Under the pieces are notes generated by a model that saw only the letters and a list, made by a program, of their open reading frames with translations, was not told the DNA's origin and did no database searches. A stretch of 64,000 bases of DNA from Candidatus Omnitrophota bacterium (GTDB lineage Bacteria > Omnitrophota > Gorgyraeia > JAFGHF01), in assembly GCA_043805735.1 (NCBI GenBank), contig JAZDHS010000004.1, positions 583-64,582 on the forward strand. The letters run 5' to 3'. The position numbers were made by a program, and so were the translations under genes. Of the stretch, positions 60,147-64,000 are shown in pieces. The stretch's first letter is position 1; each line of letters opens with the position of its first letter.

Positions 60147-61403
60147 ATGAATACAGCTCAAGCAGTGGTAAAAATGGCCAAAGCGGCCAAGGCGGCGGCG
60201 CAAGAGTTATCCGGTATGCCCAGCGCTGCAAGAAATAAAGCTTTGCTGGCGATGGCGCAAAGCCTGCGCAAAAACTCTAGCTATATCTTGAGGGCCAACC
60301 AAAAAGATCTTGCGCAAGCCCAAAAACAGCGTTTAGCTGCCGCGTTGGTAGAGAGATTGGCGCTGAATGAAAAACGTATTGGCCAAATGAGCGCCTCGCT
60401 GGAAGTGATCGCCGCTTTAGCCGATCCCTTAGGCCGGATACTGCGAACTATTGAACGGCCTAATGGGTTGCACATCGAAAAAGTCAGTGTCCCTATCGGT
60501 GTCATCGCGATCATTTATGAGTCCCGGCCGAATGTGACCGCCGACTGTATTGGATTATGCCTGAAGGCGGGCAATGCCGTGATTCTGCGCGGAGGGCGCG
60601 AGGCGATTAATTCCAATATTGCTATTTATACCTTGTTGCAAAAAGAATTGGTAAATTTTAGCTTGCCTGAACATGCCGTAGGCCTGGTTAAAAGCACTGA
60701 GCGCCAAGCCGTGGATATTCTCCTTGGCTTATCCCAGTACATTGATCTGGTAATTCCCCGTGGGGGAGAGAGTTTAATTACCCACGTTAGCGAAAAGTCC
60801 AAAATTCCGGTGATTAGACACTATAAGGGAGTATGCCATACCTATGTGGATAGCGATGCGGATTTAGCGATGGCCCGTAAGGTCGCACTCAATGCCAAAG
60901 TGCAGCGGCCAGGTGTGTGCAATGCCATGGAGACATTGCTGGTAGACAAAAAGATTGCCGCCCGCTTTTTACCGGACATGTTAGCGGATTTACAAAGGCG
61001 AGGAGTGGAAATTAGAGGTGATCCCGCGACCCGCAAATTCGGCCGGGGAATTAAGTTAGCAAAGGAAAGCGACTGGTTTACGGAGTATCTGGACTTAATT
61101 CTTTCGGTCAAGATAGTTTCAGGGCTAGAAGAGGCGATTATCCACGTTAACCACTATGGCTCAAGCCATTCTGATGCCATCATTACCGAGAACCGCAATA
61201 AAGCCAAAGAATTTCTCTCTCGAGTGGACAGCGCTTGCGTCTATGTCAATGCATCAACCCGTTTTACCGACGGCTTTGAATTTGGTATGGGAGCCGAAAT
61301 GGGCATTAGTACCGATAAACTGCATGCCCGTGGCCCGATGGCGCTGGAAGAACTCACGACTTATAAGTACCAGATTACCGGTAATGGTCAGGTTAGGACA
61401 TAA
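60147..61403 (+). CDS. proA: Gamma-glutamyl phosphate reductase
   Basis: Aldehyde dehydrogenase superfamily with the catalytic Cys region (GQVCNA-like GVCNAMET). Confidence 0.9.
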   Translation: MNTAQAVVKMAKAAKAAAQELSGMPSAARNKALLAMAQSLRKNSSYILRANQKDLAQAQKQRLAAALVERLALNEKRIGQMSASLEVIAALADPLGRILRTIERPNGLHIEKVSVPIGVIAIIYESRPNVTADCIGLCLKAGNAVILRGGREAINSNIAIYTLLQKELVNFSLPEHAVGLVKSTERQAVDILLGLSQYIDLVIPRGGESLITHVSEKSKIPVIRHYKGVCHTYVDSDADLAMARKVALNAKVQRPGVCNAMETLLVDKKIAARFLPDMLADLQRRGVEIRGDPATRKFGRGIKLAKESDWFTEYLDLILSVKIVSGLEEAIIHVNHYGSSHSDAIITENRNKAKEFLSRVDSACVYVNASTRFTDGFEFGMGAEMGISTDKLHARGPMALEELTTYKYQITGNGQVRT

Positions 61404-61405
61404 CA

Positions 61406-61987
61406 ATGCAATGCTCGGGACGAATCGGAATACTCGGCGGCACATTTAATCCCATTCATGCCGGACATTTAGTCTTAGCTGAGCAGGCCTGGCAGCAACT
61501 GCGTTTGGAGCAGGTATTGTTTGTCCCTTCAGCCGCACCGCCGCATAAGGCCCAGTACAGTGTAGCTCCGGCCCAGGCAAGATACCGCATGGTGGAGTTG
61601 GCCATTTCCTTTAATCCGCACTTTGCCTTGTCCGATATAGAACTAAGAAGAAAAGGCCCGTCTTATTCGATTATAACGGTGAAACAACTACGCAAGCTAT
61701 ATCCGAAAAAGAAATTGTTTTTTCTGGTCGGCTCGGATTTCCTACGCGAATTCCCCTTTTGGAAAAAAATCAGGCAGTTGCGCAAGCTTTGCACCTTTGT
61801 GGTTGCCCGCCGGCCGGGATATAAAATTAAGCATTTGCCTAAAGACATGTGCACGCTGCAAGTGAATGCGCTCGATATATCTTCAACTGATATCCGCCGG
61901 CGTTTACGCGGCAAGGAATCGATCCGTTATCTTGTGCCGGAACAAGTGCGCAGCTACATTTTGCGTAAAAAACTTTACGCTTCTTAA
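61406..61987 (+). CDS. nadD: Nicotinate-nucleotide adenylyltransferase
   Basis: GGTFNPIHxGH nucleotidyltransferase motif and SSTxIR at the C-terminus. Confidence 0.9.
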   Translation: MQCSGRIGILGGTFNPIHAGHLVLAEQAWQQLRLEQVLFVPSAAPPHKAQYSVAPAQARYRMVELAISFNPHFALSDIELRRKGPSYSIITVKQLRKLYPKKKLFFLVGSDFLREFPFWKKIRQLRKLCTFVVARRPGYKIKHLPKDMCTLQVNALDISSTDIRRRLRGKESIRYLVPEQVRSYILRKKLYAS

Positions 61988-61992
61988 AATTA

Positions 61993-62021
61993 TTGCATCT
62001 GGATTAAAATTGTGCTAAAAT
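61993..62021 (+). promoter_or_regulatory. Sigma70-like promoter (TTGCAT-17-TAAAAT) for the small zinc-ribbon gene
   Basis: Read directly from the sequence. It is followed by AAGGAGG and then the ATG. Confidence 0.45.
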
Positions 62022-62050
62022 AAAACGGTTTAACATCTTAAAGGAGGTGG

Positions 62051-62191
62051 ATGATGGACGCGTATTGTGTAAAATGCAAGGCCAAGAAAGAGATGACCGA
62101 TGGAAAAAAGGTGACCATGAAAAATGGGCGCAATGCCATGAAAGGCAAATGCCCTGATTGCGGCACTACTCTTTTTAGAATTATGAAGTAG
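62051..62191 (+). CDS. Small zinc-ribbon protein (46 aa; CxxC...CxxC), absent from the ORF track
   Basis: AAGGAGG SD then MMDAYCVKCKAKKEMTDGKKVTMKNGRNAMKGKCPDCGTTLFRIMK. Two CxxC pairs and a basic composition. Confidence 0.6.
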   Translation: MMDAYCVKCKAKKEMTDGKKVTMKNGRNAMKGKCPDCGTTLFRIMK

Positions 62192-62276
62192 GGAGGGACA
62201 CGCTATAAATTCTCGATCCAAGGCGTTAGCCATTGCTTGTGCCGCTGAAGACAAAAAAGCGCTCGATACCGTTATC

Positions 62277-62570
62277 TTGGATATGCGTAAGATTTCCGAT
62301 ATCGCCGATTTTTTTGTTATTACGAGCGGCAGTTCTACCCGCCAAGTAAAAGCAATCAGCGATCACATTATGGAGAAGCTTGGGGCGAAAGCCAAGCGGC
62401 TCCGGCAGATTGAAGGGTATCACCATGGGCTCTGGGTTTTGCTGGACGTCAGCGATGTGATCGTGCATATTTTCCATCAGCAAACGAGGGAATTTTATAA
62501 CCTGGAAAGGTTATGGGGTGATGCGCCGATTGTTCCTTTGAAAAGCCCAAAAAAGCAGGCAAGATCATGA
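62277..62570 (+). CDS. rsfS: Ribosome silencing factor RsfS (Iojap)
   Basis: DFFVITSGSSTRQVKAISDHI...LLDVSDVIVHIFHQQTREFYNLERLW. RsfS-like sequence continues in frame upstream of the TTG at 62277 without a canonical start, so the true start is uncertain. Confidence 0.85.
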   Translation: MDMRKISDIADFFVITSGSSTRQVKAISDHIMEKLGAKAKRLRQIEGYHHGLWVLLDVSDVIVHIFHQQTREFYNLERLWGDAPIVPLKSPKKQARS

Positions 62571-62600
62571 AGACGCAAGGAGTATCCTTGCGTCTTCTTT
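62569..62600 (+). terminator. Rho-independent terminator after rsfS
   Basis: GAAGACGCAAGGA-GTA-TCCTTGCGTCTTC hairpin followed by TTT. Confidence 0.75.
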
Positions 62601-62616
62601 ATCAGAAATTGCGTAA

Positions 62617-64000
62617 ATGGGTACATTCAGCAGACGACTAATTTCATCAATTCTTTTACTGGTTGTTTTTACCAGCCTGTCCTATTTCTTTTTCCTATTT
62701 CGGATTTCCAATGAAATCTTTAAGGTTGAGAGTATTGAGAGCCTGCGCCATATCATTTTTGTCTCAGGCCTGGCGATTACGACGCTGGCGGCAATCGGCG
62801 CCTTTTCACTATCCTTTTTGCTGACGAAAAGGCTCAGGCGCCCGGTACAAGAGCTGGTGAAAGCGACTAAGGCCCTCTCGCGAGGCGACTTTGATCAACA
62901 TATCAAGGCGCGCTCTTTTACGGAAATTGAAGAGTTGATTTTTAATTTCAACTACATGGTCCAACAGCTTAAACACCTGGATCAGGAATCGAAAAAATAC
63001 AGCAAAAATTTAGAGAAAATTGCGCGCGACCGGGCAAAAGACTTAAGCTATATTTATAAGATTAGCCGCGAGGTTTCCTCATCCCTAGAATTAGATGAAG
63101 TGTTGGATGCCGTGATTAAAAGGACAATGGAGGCGCTGAGCTTACGGGTCTGCACAATACTGTTAGTGGAAGAGGTTAGTGAAAGCGGTTTGAAGGTTGC
63201 CCGTTCGCAAGGTATGAATATAAAACGGGTAGAGAGCCAGGCAATCAAAAAAGGTGAAGGCATATCCGGCTGGGTGTGGGAAAAAAGAGAGCCGCTGTTA
63301 ATTAAGGATATCGATCAGGATAACCGTTTTATCGGCCGGGAAAAAGAAAAGTATTATTCGGGCAGCATCATTGCCGTGGCCTTGGAGGCCAAGACAAAAA
63401 TTATCGGCGTAATCGTCGGTAATAATAAAACTGGCACCGAGACATTCGAAAAGAATGATTTACTGCTTTTGCAGGAGATCGCCTGCGAGTCGGCGATTGC
63501 CATCGAAAATGCGCTTTTATACAAAAGCCTAAAACAAATCTACGTACACACTATTTCGGCGCTGGCCGGGGCCCTGGATGCCAAGGATCACTATACCCGC
63601 AGCCATTCGGAGAACGTGACCAGATATGCCGTGGCTATTGCTAAAGAGATGGGGCTTTCCGAGGTTCAGACTGAGCTGATTCGCCAGGCCTGCCAGCTGC
63701 ATGACCTAGGCAAAATCGGAATTCACGACTATATCCTCAGCAAGAAAGGAAAGCTTTCCCCGGAAGAGTGGGAAGAGATACGTGCGCACGCCCTGCGCGG
63801 CGCACAGATTTTAAAACCGATTGAATTTTTAAGCGAGGTTGCCGAACTCATTCAGCAACATCATGAACGTTACGACGGTTCGGGCTACCCGATGAAATTG
63901 AGCGGCCAGGATATTCAACTGGGAGCGCGGATTATGTCTGTAGCCGACTCGTTTGACGCGATGGTCTCAGCGCGGCCGTACCGCCGGGCATTCAGCTTGT
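62617..64000 (+). CDS. Membrane-anchored HAMP-GAF-HD-GYP phosphodiesterase (3' end beyond the window)
   Basis: Two TM helices, HAMP, a GAF-like region, and then an HD domain with HDLGKIG and HHERYDGSGYP (the HD-GYP signature). There is no stop codon before position 64000, so the ORF track does not list it. Confidence 0.8.
   Translation, partial: MGTFSRRLISSILLLVVFTSLSYFFFLFRISNEIFKVESIESLRHIIFVSGLAITTLAAIGAFSLSFLLTKRLRRPVQELVKATKALSRGDFDQHIKARSFTEIEELIFNFNYMVQQLKHLDQESKKYSKNLEKIARDRAKDLSYIYKISREVSSSLELDEVLDAVIKRTMEALSLRVCTILLVEEVSESGLKVARSQGMNIKRVESQAIKKGEGISGWVWEKREPLLIKDIDQDNRFIGREKEKYYSGSIIAVALEAKTKIIGVIVGNNKTGTETFEKNDLLLLQEIACESAIAIENALLYKSLKQIYVHTISALAGALDAKDHYTRSHSENVTRYAVAIAKEMGLSEVQTELIRQACQLHDLGKIGIHDYILSKKGKLSPEEWEEIRAHALRGAQILKPIEFLSEVAELIQQHHERYDGSGYPMKLSGQDIQLGARIMSVADSFDAMVSARPYRRAFSL

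Overview
This 64 kb window is a bacterial chromosomal segment of roughly 48-50% GC in which every credible gene lies on the + strand. It is mostly housekeeping. In order: a tRNA-Pro(CGG); an SDR oxidoreductase; acylphosphatase; a metallophosphoesterase; ligA; xerD; a CCA/poly(A)-polymerase family enzyme; DUF503-rbfA-nrnA-ribF; a complete dcw cluster (mraZ-rsmH-ftsL-ftsI-murE-murF-mraY-murD-ftsW-murG-murC-murB-ddl-ftsQ-ftsA) that ends with no ftsZ; proC; DUF167; mtnP; ileS-dksA-like-lspA-lgt; rluD; aroA; mreBCD-mrdA-rodA. After a promoter/terminator-bracketed noncoding transcript comes an RHH-like protein and a HAMP/degenerate-GGDEF protein. Then follows a complete single-locus type IVa pilus system: pilT, a standalone MshEN (c-di-GMP-receptor-like) domain protein, two tandem pilB paralogues, pilC, two tandem pilin paralogues, pilM, three minor pilins, and pilNOPQ. 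The window ends with rng, rplU-rpmA-obg-proBA-nadD, an unlisted 46-aa zinc-ribbon gene, rsfS, and the start of a HAMP-GAF-HD-GYP phosphodiesterase. No CRISPR array, IS element or prophage is visible. The most interesting material is the c-di-GMP-linked type IV pilus locus, several structured intergenic regions, and the absence of ftsZ after ftsA. Family names come from reading motifs in the translated ORFs; no database search was run. Coordinates of intergenic motifs are hand-counted and may be off by 1-2 nt.
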